Shown: positions 1 through 11,647, numbered from the stretch's first letter. The stretch: 64,000 nt of DNA from Emiliania huxleyi CCMP1516 (GCF_000372725.1 NW_005201192.1:186001-250000), one strand, 5' to 3'. Made by a program: numbers and translations. Notes: a model not told the origin generated them from the letters alone.

Positions 1-573
1 TCTGAAGTACGTCCGTGATTGAGCTGAGGCGCACGTACGCGAGGGGCGCTGGCGTGTCGTCAGCAAGGTCGTGTGGGCTGGGGGCATTTCCGCCCACGTT
101 CTTGCAATACGTACTTGATTTCACGGTCGTGAAAGCAAGGTTGCCAAGCTCTGGTCAACCCCCCCCAAATGTTTCGAACCTGTGTGCCGAGAGAGAGTTG
201 GGCTCGTTGAATTCTTTTAATTAATGGAGTTTACTCCTAAAATTCTAGTACTGGACCGGGACTGGCGCGCGGCAAGAAACTCGCGGATGGGGGATGGGAC
301 ACCCCGAAGTGCGAAGACGGTCACAAGACGGAAGAGCCAAGTCTTGCCCCAAGTGCAAAACGCGCGCGTCGCCCATCTCTCAACATGGAGAGATGCCTGC
401 ACTACTATTTATTTATAAACGCGCGCGAAGTGCTCCACAAGCTGGAGCTCAAACCCACGAACGATTGTACACAGCGCCAGCCTCCCGCCCAAACTAACAA
501 ACAACTGTAACTGTACTGGGTGACTGCGGTGCTCGACATGGATCGTGAGAGGCGAGGCATGCCATGGTGAGCC

Positions 574-2179
574 TCAGCGCACGGCCCTCGAACTGCCGGC
601 GGGCTGCGCCGGGGCTGCGCCGTCCCTGAAGGGCGCTCGGCAGAGCTGTGCGTGCGACGCGGTGGTCACCCAGTAGAGTGTCTCCGGCGTGAGGTCGTTG
701 GCGAGCTCGGCCTCGTACTCGGCGCCGAGGATGCTGACCTTGGCCTTGACCGAGGCGGGCAGCACCTGTTCGTGCCACGAGCCGTGTGAGGAGCAGCGGC
801 CCCGTCCCCGCGCCGGCGTCTGCCTTCCGCAGGCGCCGTCGAGAGGATGCGGTAGAGGCGCGCCATGAAGGAGGGCGCGTTGATCACGACCGCCTTGGAG
901 AAGGAGGACGGGTAGTGCGTGGCGAAGGCGAGCATCACGTCCTGCGCGGGCGCCGGACGCCGCGAGTCTAGCTGTTGGAGTACGCGGCTTGGAGAGGGCA
1001 GCGGGCCGGGAGGGGAGAGGGGGGGGGGGGGGGGCCAGGTCAAGGGCCCGGCGGAGGAAAAAAAAAGGCGGGGTGTCCACCGGGTGTCGCCTTTGTGAAG
1101 CTCAGCGTGGTAAAGGTGACCATGTGCGTGCCTGCGGGACAGGCGCAGGGCGTGTCGAGGACATGTCGGGGACAGGGAGGCGTCGTGAAGTCGACCAAGC
1201 TGCGCGTGCCGAGCCCGGCCAAGTCGAAGAGCTCGTACGTCTGCTGCAGCCGCCCGCTCGTGACGGAGGTGCGGTCGAGCCGGCGCTGCAGCGTGTCGAC
1301 GAGGGCGAGGTAATAGGGGTAGAGCAGCTTTGTATCCGACGGAGGCGCGCACGCGCCGAGGCGCTCGATCTTGACCGGGCTGCCAGACTTCGAGTAGCCG
1401 CAGTGGAAGCCGATTGGCCAGTGCCCCACCGCCTACGACGGCAAGGACGACGGGGATCACGCGTGGCGGCACTCTCGCGTCCGAGCAGCGCCAGGGTGTC
1501 GCGTCGCCCACTCTCCGTGAGGCATCTCTGCCGCGCAGAGCCAGCGCGACTCTGCGAGGGCGTCGAGCTCGGGCTTGTCCGGCAGGTTGTCCCGCTTCCA
1601 CGCGAGCGCGCGCCGGTACACCCGCTCGACCGCGCGCGCGTCGGTGCCGTGCTCCCGCACCACTCGCAGCAGCTGCACGGCCACCACCTTCCCGTCCTCA
1701 GGCAGGTTGGGCGGCGGCGGCGACTGACGGAGCGAGTGCTTGACGGCATAGATGACCGCGAGCTCGTCGGGCGTGGCCATGCCGCCGCCGCAGTCATCGG
1801 GCGTAGGCGACGGCGCAGACAACGCTCGCGAAGGCGGCGCCGACTTTGCTGGCCGCAGAGAAGCGGTGCCGATCAGACAAGAAGCGGCGCCGAGCGATGC
1901 CACGGCCATCACGCCGAGGAGCAGCGGCGACGCACGAGGCTCAGCCACAGTGAGCAGGAGCACGGGTAGCAGGGCGACATTCGCGACGCGCCAACTAGAT
2001 GCGAGCACAGATGCGAGCACGTTCTCCTTGCGGCGCCGGCCAACCATTATGAACAGCGCAGCGACAACCAGAGCGACTGTGGCAGCCGCGGCGACTGCGA
2101 TAGGGAAAGCGGGCGGAGGAGGAGGCAGCGGTGGCGCCGGTGACCTGCCGGTGACGCGAGCGAGCGCCGAGAGTATCAT
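574..2179 (-). CDS. CRAL-TRIO/Sec14-like lipid-binding protein with N-terminal hydrophobic (TM) segments, multi-exon
   Basis: Spliced pieces: ...YRRALAWKRDN..., HCGYSKSGSPVKIERLG, QTYELFDLAGLG, AFATHYPSSFSKAVVINAPSFMARLYRILS, VLPASVKAKVSILG. These match Sec14 motifs (GxPVxIERLG, YPExLxxxxxINAP, LxxxTxxKI). ATG at 2179, stop at 574. Confidence 0.8.
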
Positions 2180-3349
2180 TGTCTGCACGGCCTCAAATGT
2201 TGCCACGGCGCCTGCAGGCTTTCTTCGATTCTTTTGACCGCGCAAGATAAAGAAGGGTGTCCATAGGGCTCTGCTCGCAAGGCGCCCGCGTCGCAGACGC
2301 GGTACCATTGACAAATCTGCAATATACCCCCACACGAGCAAATAGCAAAATCCGAATACCGTGCACGAATCCGGCGATGTCGGACCCAAGCCTTCAGCTG
2401 GTGCCAAGACATTCGTAAAATTGAAGCCAAGAATCCGCCAAATCGTGCTTTTCGCGCTACCTGAGGGGAAAGCCGCTGATCGAGCCCAGCGTGCCCGCGG
2501 CCGCCTCCCGCGCAGCACCGCCGCTGCGGAATCGGATCGATCCCATGGAGGAGGAGGGCGCAGTCGGCCAGCGCAGCAGGCGGAGTCCCTCCCCGCGCCG
2601 GAGCCCCCCTGCAGTCGAGGGAGTCCTCGTTGGCGATGAAGGTGGAGACATCGAATCGCGGCCGACACACGTCACGTGGGAGGAATGGGCGATGAGCGGG
2701 AACGATGCGCGCTACGGCGCCGACTCCGCCGTGCTCGTAGCCGCAGAAAGCCGCGCTCCAGGAGCACGCCAAGATGCAATGGCTCGCTTGCTTCGATTCA
2801 GCTCTCTCGGCAGCAGAAGTGGGGCTGGAGCGGGTGGGGGTGGATGCCGATTGAGGGGGAGCGTCTCCAGTTGCGCCCTGTGGCAGCTGCGCCCTGTGGC
2901 AGCTAGTCGAGGGACTTGGTAGTTGTGACCCCCCTGAGTGAGGACAGGAGAGAGAGCGTTTTGTGGTGTTTGTTGGTGTACGCAATAACGGGACAGGGTG
3001 GTTGTTCTCTCTATCTCCTCTTCTAGCTCTTAGCATGAGCTGCGCCCGGTGTCCGACCCCTTTTGCGCAGCAACACCTTAAACTTTTAGGCCCTCCAAAT
3101 TCGGGTCGGAGCGTAGCGGAGTGGGCCCCGAGTTTGAAAAGGGCGACGGACGCTTGCGTCCTAGCCTCCAACAACGCCTCCCCGGCGCAGAGGGGCCCCC
3201 GGAGGGATGCGCAACCGCTCCACGCCACGCCGCTTGCGGCGGTCCTCTTCACAGCTCCGCTGGGCACGCGTTATTTCTTTTTGTAAAGTCGGCGGCCTCC
3301 CGGCGGCCTCCCGGCGCACGAAGGCTCTGCCTGGGGCACACATATCAAG

Positions 3350-5962
3350 ATGTCGCCGGCCGTCGCTCACTCCTACACGCGGTACCGCGGCTGGGTGGTG
3401 ATGGGCTCGGACCTGCTCAATGGCACGATGTCGATTGGCCGTGCGCAGGAGCTATGCGACGCGATCCCCGACTGCATGTCCATCACGACTGCGCTCGGCA
3501 CTGGGATGGTCACCTCTCGAAAGTACCCGATGCTGCTCAAGGCGTCCGCCACGTGGTTCGAGGACCCGGCGCACCTGACGCTGGTCAAGCAGCGCACGCC
3601 GTGCCACGGCGTCACCTACCGCCGCATGAATGGCGGCACGCGCCTCGCCTATGAGCCAGCCTCATCGGCGACCGGACCGTACTGCTGCGAGGGAGCCTGC
3701 CCGGCCGAGGCGGCGTACCATGCACGCGAGGAGGCGTGTGACCTGCCCGCCGCCTCCCCGCTCGGCGTGCCTCGCTGCCTCAACCTGCGCGGCGTGCCGC
3801 TCCGCAACCTCGCCCTCTCTTCGGAGGGCTCGAGTGCGGCGATGTCGTCAGCCTGGCCGCACGCGGAGAACGCGGGCGTGCAGGCGGCCGCCTCCCGCCC
3901 TCCCGCCCCTCCCCTCCCTCCCTCCCCTCCCCCAACCTCCTCGCGCTGTGCGCAGGCTGCCATTGACGGCCGGGTGGCGGGGTCCTACGTGCACACGGAG
4001 TGCTCCGGCAGCCTCGCGGCAGCCTCGGCCGGCGGCTGGGGTGAGGAGCGGCTCTTCACAGGTCAAGCTGTGAACAGGCGGGCCGCAGTGGTTTAACCTC
4101 ACCTTTGCGCAGCCGATCGCCGTCCACCAGGCGTCGCACGGGCCTCGCCTCGCCTCGCCTCGCCTCGCCTCGCCTCGCCTCGCCTCGCCTCGCCTCGCCT
4201 CCCTCGCCTCGCCTCGCCTCCACGACCGCACCACACGACCCGAGGAGACGGGCGGGAGAGCGTCGCCCGGCCTCTCGCCAGGTGGCGCTGCACAACCGAC
4301 CCCTCTCCTCGAACGACCTCCTCTACCGCCTCGTCGGCGCCCGCCTCTCCCTCCATGCCTCCGCCTCCTTCGCCGCCGCCAAGGCGGACGGCTCCGCCGC
4401 CAACCTCCCGGCGGTGCCCGCGACGGCGGCGGCGCGCTCCTGGAGCGAGGTGGGCCGGCGCTGGGACGGCGCGCCTGCTGACACTCGGAGGCGGCGTGCT
4501 TAGGTGCGCGCCACGTATGAGACCGCCCGGCGGACCCCGCTGCGGTCGCTGCTCGTCGGTTCGGCGCGCGAGCGGTACGTCTGGACGCTGCAGCCTCCGG
4601 CAGAGCACGTGTCGTACCTGACGGCGAGGGGGAGCCGAGAGTGGGCGAGATGTGGGCGGAGAGGAGGCCGTCGAGGTGGGGCCGACGGAGCACGCTTGAC
4701 TCTGAGAGATCGCAGAGAGGGGGGAGGGGGGTTGGCGAGAGAGAGCGGCCGGGTGCGTCGGAGAGTTTGGGTGGTTCGGGCGCACAGGTGCGGACGCCGG
4801 ACGGCGGGCTGCCTGCCGGACATGTCTCGGACATGTCATGGACGTGTCCTCTTGGACCTTACCTTAGGTGCGGACGCCGGACGGCGGGCTGCCTGCCGGC
4901 TCCGCTTGCCTGCACTTTGCCGAGCTCGAGGTGTTCGGCGCCACGCAGGCCGAGACGGACGCGGGAGAGGTGAGCTTTGGGCGGCGACAGCCCGACCCGC
5001 CGCCGCCCACGCCGCCCACGCCAGAGGCGATAGCGCGTGGCGGGGCGGGCGGCGGCGGCACGGGGGGCAGGGCAGCGCACAGCACCCTCCGGGAGGACGT
5101 CTTGCGCGCTAGGCTGAAAGCGCGGGCGGGGGGCGGAGATTCGGGTGCGGCGGGCGCGGCGGGCGCCGGAGGCGGAGGCGGAGGCGGCGTGGGAAGCAGC
5201 CAAGGAGGCGGTGGCGGAGGCGGTGGCGGAGGCGGTGGCGGTGGCGGAGGCGGTGGCGGTGGCGGTGGTGGTGGTGGTGCAGGCCAGGCCGGGTCTCTGC
5301 GGCAGATCATGCAGCTCGGCCTCGGCACCCGCGCGTTTGTCGTCACTGGCGCGGAGGGTGCGGCGGGGGCGGGGGCGGAGGAGGGGGTGCGGGGCGCGGG
5401 GGGAGGCGGGGGGGACGGGGGAGGTGGAGGAGGAGGCGGAGGCGGAGGCGGAGGGGAGGCAGTGCGTGCCGCTGGGCGTCTCATCGCCGAAGAGGCCCGC
5501 GCGCAAGGCTTCACAGCGGAGGAGTCCGCCGCGCTTGCCGCGGGTGTGGCGGAGGCGATGGGCGAGGCGGCCGAGCCTTCCGTCGGGGGTGGCGAGCCGC
5601 CTCTGACACCGGCAGCCTCGGCGAGGGCCTCGGCTGAGCTCCTCCGACTCCGGGATAGGCACCTCCTCGGTCGCGGGAGCCCTCGCCGAGGCGCTGCTGC
5701 TGCTGGCGATCCAGGGGCTCTGGGTCAAGTGGCATTGGGTGGACGTCTGGCTGTGACGCCTCGCCACCCCACACCCCACTCACCATCCCGGCGGCACGGC
5801 GTGGTGTGGGATTGCGTGTTAGTCTTGGCGAGGCCGCCTCGCCTCGCGTGTGTGGCTTGTGCGGCGTCGCGCCGCCTTCCATGTCTGGCTGTGTGGTCGG
5901 ACGCCCCACCAGAAGACGTGTGTGTCACCCGTGAGCGGGGGCGGGGCGGCCTGTGTGTGTGA
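3350..5962 (+). CDS. Multi-exon protein with F-type lectin (fucolectin/F5-8C-like) domain and Gly-rich tail; ends uncertain
   Basis: Joined exons give RNLAL...AAMSS...AAIDG...SYVHTEC...WFNLTFAQPIAVHQVALHNR...YRLVGARLSL...CLHFAELEVFG, the typical F-type lectin pattern. A Cys-rich N-terminal region precedes it and a poly-Gly exon follows. Confidence 0.55.
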
Positions 5963-6128
5963 ATCGTCACGGTATCTGATATTTGCTTTCATCATTAGAA
6001 TACACAAAGACATATCTGGCACACGTACAGTACGGCGCGCCGCGCCATCACAATAGCAATACACAAAAGTGTTGTCCCAAGAGGAAGTGACGCGCGCGCG
6101 GGGGCCACCGCTCCTGCACCGCTCTCGC

Positions 6129-9100
6129 TCACACGGCTATCTCCATCGCCTCCGCCTCATCCATCTCCACTGCGAATCGCTCCGGCTGGTCGGCGGGCTG
6201 GTCGGGCAGCTGTTGGCCGGTGGCCTGCAGCGGGTGCGACGTGATGGCGGCGGTGGCGGTCGCGGCGGAGGCGACGTACGCGTTCGACCGCCGCAACTGC
6301 TCAAAGTCGAGCGAGACCGTCTCCGCCTGTGCGCAAGTGATGGCGCGGGGCGCGTCGGGGCCTCCCCAGGTCTCTCGCGGCCGAGGGGAGGGGACGCTGC
6401 GCGCCGTGGTGGCTGGCTGCGCCATCTTTCGCAGGAACTGCCTCGCGCGGTGCATCGCGAGGTCGGAGGAGAGGTTGAGCGAGCCTGATCACGGCCAGAG
6501 GTGTGAAGAGGCGCGGCCCACGCAGGCGAGGCCGGAGGAGCGGGTCGAGCGAGCCGTCGGTGATGAACTGGCGGATCCAGCCCGGCAGCTTGTCGCGCTT
6601 GTCGGCGCGGTTGTACCGCTTGTCCGCAAAGACGACGATGCCGTAGTCCGTCTTTCCGCGGATGACGCGGCCGGCGCACTGCGCCGCCTGCCGGATGGCG
6701 TCGAAGGTGAGGAAGTCCGCCTCGTCGATGGCGCACGTGTCTCGCAAGAACTCGAGCCGCGCGCGCAGCACCCGGCCGAGCGTGTACTGGAAGGGCACGC
6801 CGAGCAGCAGGACGGCGCGCCCGTAGTGGCGGTCAAAGTCGACGCCCTCCGCAACCTTGCCGCGCGCGATCGAGAGGAAGACGGCGCCGCGGCCGCAGTC
6901 GCACGCGCGCTTGAAGTTCTCGAGCGCCATGGTGGTCTCGAGCACGTCGGTCGTCTCGATGAAGACGAGCTTGTGCTCGAGCACCTGCGGGGAGATGTGG
7001 GGAGATATGGGGAGGTATGGGGAGATGAAGACGAGCTTGTGCTCGAGCACCTGCGGGGAGATGTGGGGAGATATGGGGAGATACGGGAGATATGGGGAGG
7101 TATGGGGAGATGAAGACGAGCTTGTGCTCGAGCACCTGCGGGGAGGGCTCCGAGGCGCCTCGGAGAAGGGTCTCGCGAGACGAGGCGGAGGCGGGAGCGC
7201 GCGCACCCGCTTGAGGATGCCGAGCGCGTGCCACTCGCGCACGACCTGCTGCATGTACGAGTACGAGGTGAAGAAGGCGACCACGCCGTCGGGCACGGTG
7301 GCGGCGATGTCGAGGAGCAGCTTGCCGTAGTTGCGCACGGTGGTGGGCTCGGAGCGCAGGTCAAACTTGGACGAGAGCGGCGCCTGGTCGGCGCCGCGCG
7401 TCACGACGAGCGGGAGGATGATGTCGCGCGAGAAGGACATGGCGAAGGAGTGGACGGCGCGCGGCTCGAAGCCGAGAATCTTGGGGTACATGTCGATGGG
7501 CGACAGGGTGCCTGTTGTTACCAACGAGTCATTGGTTAGTAATGAAAGCGCCCCGCTTAGCTTCTTGGGGCGAGAGGGTGCCCGAGGTGATGACGACGGA
7601 CTGGAAGCGCTCGAAGACCGGCTTCATCGCGATCGAGGCGTCGTTGCAGCAGAACTGGAAGAGCGGGTCGGGGAGGGCGGGCGAGCGCTCGTCGTACGGC
7701 TCGATGATGATGCAGAAGCCCTGCCTGTACGTGGCGAGCAGCGTGGCGAAGTCGCCGACGAGCAGCAGCGGGTTGAAGTCGGAGACGTCCGTCACCTGCA
7801 GAGAGAGTGCTCACTCGACGTCCGCCGAGGTGCGAAGACCACCACAGAGTGCCCGCGGCGTCCGCCGCCTGCAGCGTGCGCAGCAGCGAGCGCAGCCGCT
7901 CGGCGACGAACTTGAGCGGCTTTGGCTCGATGTCCTACTCGCGCGGAGCAGCCGGGCGGTGCGCCGAGGGGCAGGCGGCGGCGTGGCCGGGAGCGCGAGG
8001 CGCGAGCTCTCCTCCTCGTGCAGCAGCTGCGAGAGGAAGTGTCTGGGAAGTGTCTAGCAAGTGTCTAGCAAGTGTCTAGGAAGCCCTCCTCCTCGTGCAG
8101 CAGCTGCGAGAGGAAGGCGAGCGGCGTCTCCTGCACGACCTCCTCCGTCTGCAGCCGCTTCTTGAGGTGCGCCACCAGCCGCTTCAGGAAGAGCACGAAC
8201 GAGTCCGCGCGGCGCAAGTTGCCCGGCACGGCCTGCAGGAGGATGTCCTGAGGCGGCGGGCTCGGCTCGGCTCGGCTCGGCTCGTCTGGCGACGTGGCCG
8301 GCGGCAGAGCACTGCGGCCATCTCTCGGCCATCTCTCGGCCATCTCTCGGCCATCTCTCGGCCAGGCCTCGGCCATCTCTCGGCCATCTCTCGGCCAGGC
8401 CTCGGCCAGGCCTCACCTGCGGCAGCAGCGGGTTCGCAGCGAGCTCGTCGCTTGCGTTGAGTGCGCCGCTGTTTGCGAGGCCGTGCACGAGGCGCTGGTA
8501 CCTGTGCGGTGGTGCACCGCCTCTCGGGGAGCGCACGCCTCCCGTCATCTCTCGGCGGGGGCGGCGGTATATAAACGTGTATATGGCGCACTCGTCGTTG
8601 AGTCGCGCGGCGTCAGACTCTTTGAGCCTCGAGATCTCGCGCTGCACGCGGGAGAGGTTGGCGGAGGCGGCCTAGACACCCCCGAGACACTTGCGAGACA
8701 CTTGCAAGACACTTGCTCGGCGCGCGGGAGGGGCAGGCGGCGAGGGTGGGCACTGTCTAGGAAGGGTGTGGGAAGTGTCTCGGAAGTGTCTGGGGAGGCC
8801 TCGAGTGTGGGCATCCGAAAGTTGATCGACATGACCTCGATGCAGATGTTGTCGATGTTGTGCGCCTAGAGGGCGGTCGTGTCTAGGAGATGTCGAGGAA
8901 GTGTCTAGAAAGTGTCTAGGAAGCGTCAAGGGAGGGTGTGTCTGCGGTGTGTCTGGGGTGTGTCTGCCGCCTCGTCGAAGACGACGACGCACTCGCGCTG
9001 CATCGAGCGCGAGACGAGCTGAGAGATCTTCGGGTCGAGGAGGTACCTGTTGTTACGGCCGCCGGGGGTGAGGTGCGCCTCCGCACCGGCCCTCTGCCGG

Positions 9101-10178
9101 CCTCGAGGCTGGCGCACTGGTAGTTGTACACCACCACGTTTGCGAACGAGATCACGTGCCTCGCGAGGAAGTACGGGCACCAGCCCTTGCCACGCCCGAG
9201 CTCCTTGAGCTCCTGACCGCAGTGCACACCACGGCGTGAAGAGGGCCCGGCCCATCCCGTCCCCCTGCCGTACCCCCCAACCCCCCTGCCCGCACCTCGA
9301 GCGTGTACACCGCCGCTGGGAGAGCCGCGTCGCTGCCCTGTGCCTCCAGCGCCTCGTAGTACGAGCACAGCTCGCCTCCGCGCCCGCCGCCCAAGTCCTC
9401 GATGTCGCCTCCTCCCCCTCCGCCGGCTGATGACGGCCCCGCGCCGTCCCCACTCCCGCTCCCGCACCCTCCGCCGCCGCCGCTGCCGCCTCCGCCGCCG
9501 CCGCTGCCGCCTCCGCCGCTGCCGCCTCCGCGCGCGCGCTCCCTCACCCACGAAGCAGTGAGCTGGCGGCAGTGCTGGTCGACGAGATGCCGCTCCGTCT
9601 GCTGCGAGACGCGCTCGTGCACGCACCTGCTCCGCGGAGGAGCAGTCAAGGCAGGGGCGGGCTCCGACTGGGCGTGGGCTGAGGGCTGGGCCGAGGGCCG
9701 AGGGCTGAGGGCTGAGGGCTTTGGGAGGCACGCGCAGGTTGCGGCGCGAGGTGAGACCGACGGCGAAGAGCTTGTCCTTGCGGTCTTGGCCGAAGAGCTC
9801 GTCGCGGTGCGCCTCGAGCACCTTGAGCTCCTCGAGCACCTTCTCCATCTCTGGGATCGTGCGCGTGCAGTAGAGCAGTTTGCCCATCGCGGGGTGCGCC
9901 CGCTGGTACGACGTGATGAGCGAGAGGAGCGTGATGGTCTTGCCGGTCCCGGTAGGCATCTCGAGCATCTGAGGCGCACGCGACGGCCAGGCGTCGGCGC
10001 GAGGCGACGGCGACATGGCGCGAGCGGTGCGGCGCGGGCGTGGCGATGGCAGCGATGGCGCCACCGAGTGGCCTCGCGCGTCGAGCGAGCGCTTGAGCTC
10101 GACCATGTAGGCGTACTGCTCAGGATAGATGCGCGGGTACGGGAACTGCACCTCCAGCTCCTCCACCTGAAAGCGCAT
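6129..10178 (-). CDS. ERCC2: TFIIH/NER DNA helicase XPD (Rad3), about 12-14 exons
   Basis: [147 protein letters not shown]. Confidence 0.97.
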
Positions 10179-10342
10179 CTCCTCTGCCGAGCACGAGCGA
10201 GAGGAGCGGATGGCGCTGCAGGAGGACCAGAGGGGCGAAGCGCGAGAGCTCTAAAAGAATTCTTCAGGGCGCCTCTCTCACAGCACACTGGCGCGAGAAG
10301 CGGCGAGAGACTGCGAAGAGAGATAGGAAGAGGCAGACTCCC

Positions 10343-10640
10343 TAGGGTGGGCGACGGCTAGCGCACCACACACCCCTCCTCAAAATCCCTGTGTGGTGGC
10401 GGCGTGCCGTCCTCCCATCCCTCCCTTGGGTTGTCTGTTTTCTTTCTTTCTTTACACTGGCACGACAAGGGTGCGGACTGGCGCGGACTGGCACACACAC
10501 CGGCTCACCACCGGAGCCGTAAAAGAATTTTATCGCGGAATGCACGTGCGGACACTTAAAATCCCTGGGTGGTGGCGGCGTGCCGTCCTCCCATCTATCC
10601 CTTGGGTTGTCTGTTTCCTTTCTTTCTTTCTTTCTTTCTT
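10343..10640 (-). repeat. Dispersed ~110-bp repeat (AAAGAAAACAGACAACCCAAGGGAGGGATGGGAGGACGGCACGCCGCCACCACACAGGG...), two adjacent copies
   Basis: Copies at 10343-10452 and ~10560-10640; the same sequence recurs at 15372-15494, 40301-40394 and partially at 47370-47437 and 49108-49160. Confidence 0.85.
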
Positions 10641-10888
10641 AGGTGCGGACCCTGTCCTCCTCCCATTGCCACACGAACGCACACACACACATTGTATATA
10701 AAATATTTTTTAGAGAGATGTTTGTCACACTGTCAGTTGTAGAGCCAGACTCCTGCCTGCCTGGAGCCTGGGCTGAGGCGTGACGAGAGTGGGACGGAGA
10801 CTGCGATGATACGTGTAGGTTGTAGGGAGAGGCAGACACCCATCCATGGGAGACGGCCGCACCCCACTCCTTTCCTTGAATCCCTTCC

Positions 10889-11647
10889 TTGATGTCTGGT
10901 GGCCCGTTCCCACACTTCGTGTGCCTTTGCTTTACTCGCACGTCCCGCAAGCGCGAGCGGATGTTCCCCGCCGGGAGGAGACTGATCACGACCCGCCGCC
11001 TGCTCGTGGGTGCGTCTGCGCTCATCACGATGCGTTGCTCCCGCGAGCCTTCGGGCTGCGACACGCTGCCAGCCGACCTTCCGAGCTGCCCGTTCCAGCC
11101 CGTGACGCCTCCTCCTCCGGCGGCGGCGACGTCAACTTCTTCTATCCGTCCAGTGACGGTGGTGTATCTTGCGCAGAGCCTCGACGGCTACATTGCCCGA
11201 CTAGATGGTGGACTCGATTGGTTTCCGTACCCAAATGACGACTCGGATGAAGATCTTGGGTGGGCCGAATTTTTCGCGGGCATTAATGCCGTGTTGACAG
11301 ATGAGCCCACAGGTGCAGATTCCTCGCCCGAACCGCCCAGCCAGGTTCTCGACAACATGGGGCGCGAAGGAATCACGCGTGTCTATCTGGACGGCTGGAC
11401 GTGGATTCACTCACTGCTGCGGGACGACCTTGTGGACGAGATGATCATCACGACGGTGCCAGTGTTGATCGGAGACGGCGTCCGCCTCTTTCCGCCTGGA
11501 GCCATAACGGGCTCAGACAAGGCGTGGATCGTCGACGGCGAGCCACGCGTGTACCCGGGGGGGCTCGTGAAGGTAACGTATCGGAGGGATCGGACTCGGG
11601 AATTCTATGGCCGTCTGCGCGAAGCACTGGCGGCGCTGGGCGGCTAA
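10889..11647 (+). CDS. RibD C-terminal / dihydrofolate-reductase-like protein, intronless, apparently internally deleted (possible pseudogene)
   Basis: VVYLAQSLDGYIARLDGGLDW ... RVYLDG..WIHSLLRDDLVDEMIITTVPVLIGDGVRLF. The central MGRxTY segment is missing. True start uncertain. Confidence 0.75.
   Translation: MMSGGPFPHFVCLCFTRTSRKRERMFPAGRRLITTRRLLVGASALITMRCSREPSGCDTLPADLPSCPFQPVTPPPPAAATSTSSIRPVTVVYLAQSLDGYIARLDGGLDWFPYPNDDSDEDLGWAEFFAGINAVLTDEPTGADSSPEPPSQVLDNMGREGITRVYLDGWTWIHSLLRDDLVDEMIITTVPVLIGDGVRLFPPGAITGSDKAWIVDGEPRVYPGGLVKVTYRRDRTREFYGRLREALAALGG

Noticed and set aside
2545..2922. Short plus-strand ORF MEEEGAVG...
   Set aside because: No recognisable motif or splice support; cannot be distinguished from a chance ORF
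4859..5779. Long antisense Pro/Ala/Arg-rich ORFs, here and throughout the window
   Set aside because: Shadow ORFs expected in very GC-rich low-complexity DNA opposite real genes
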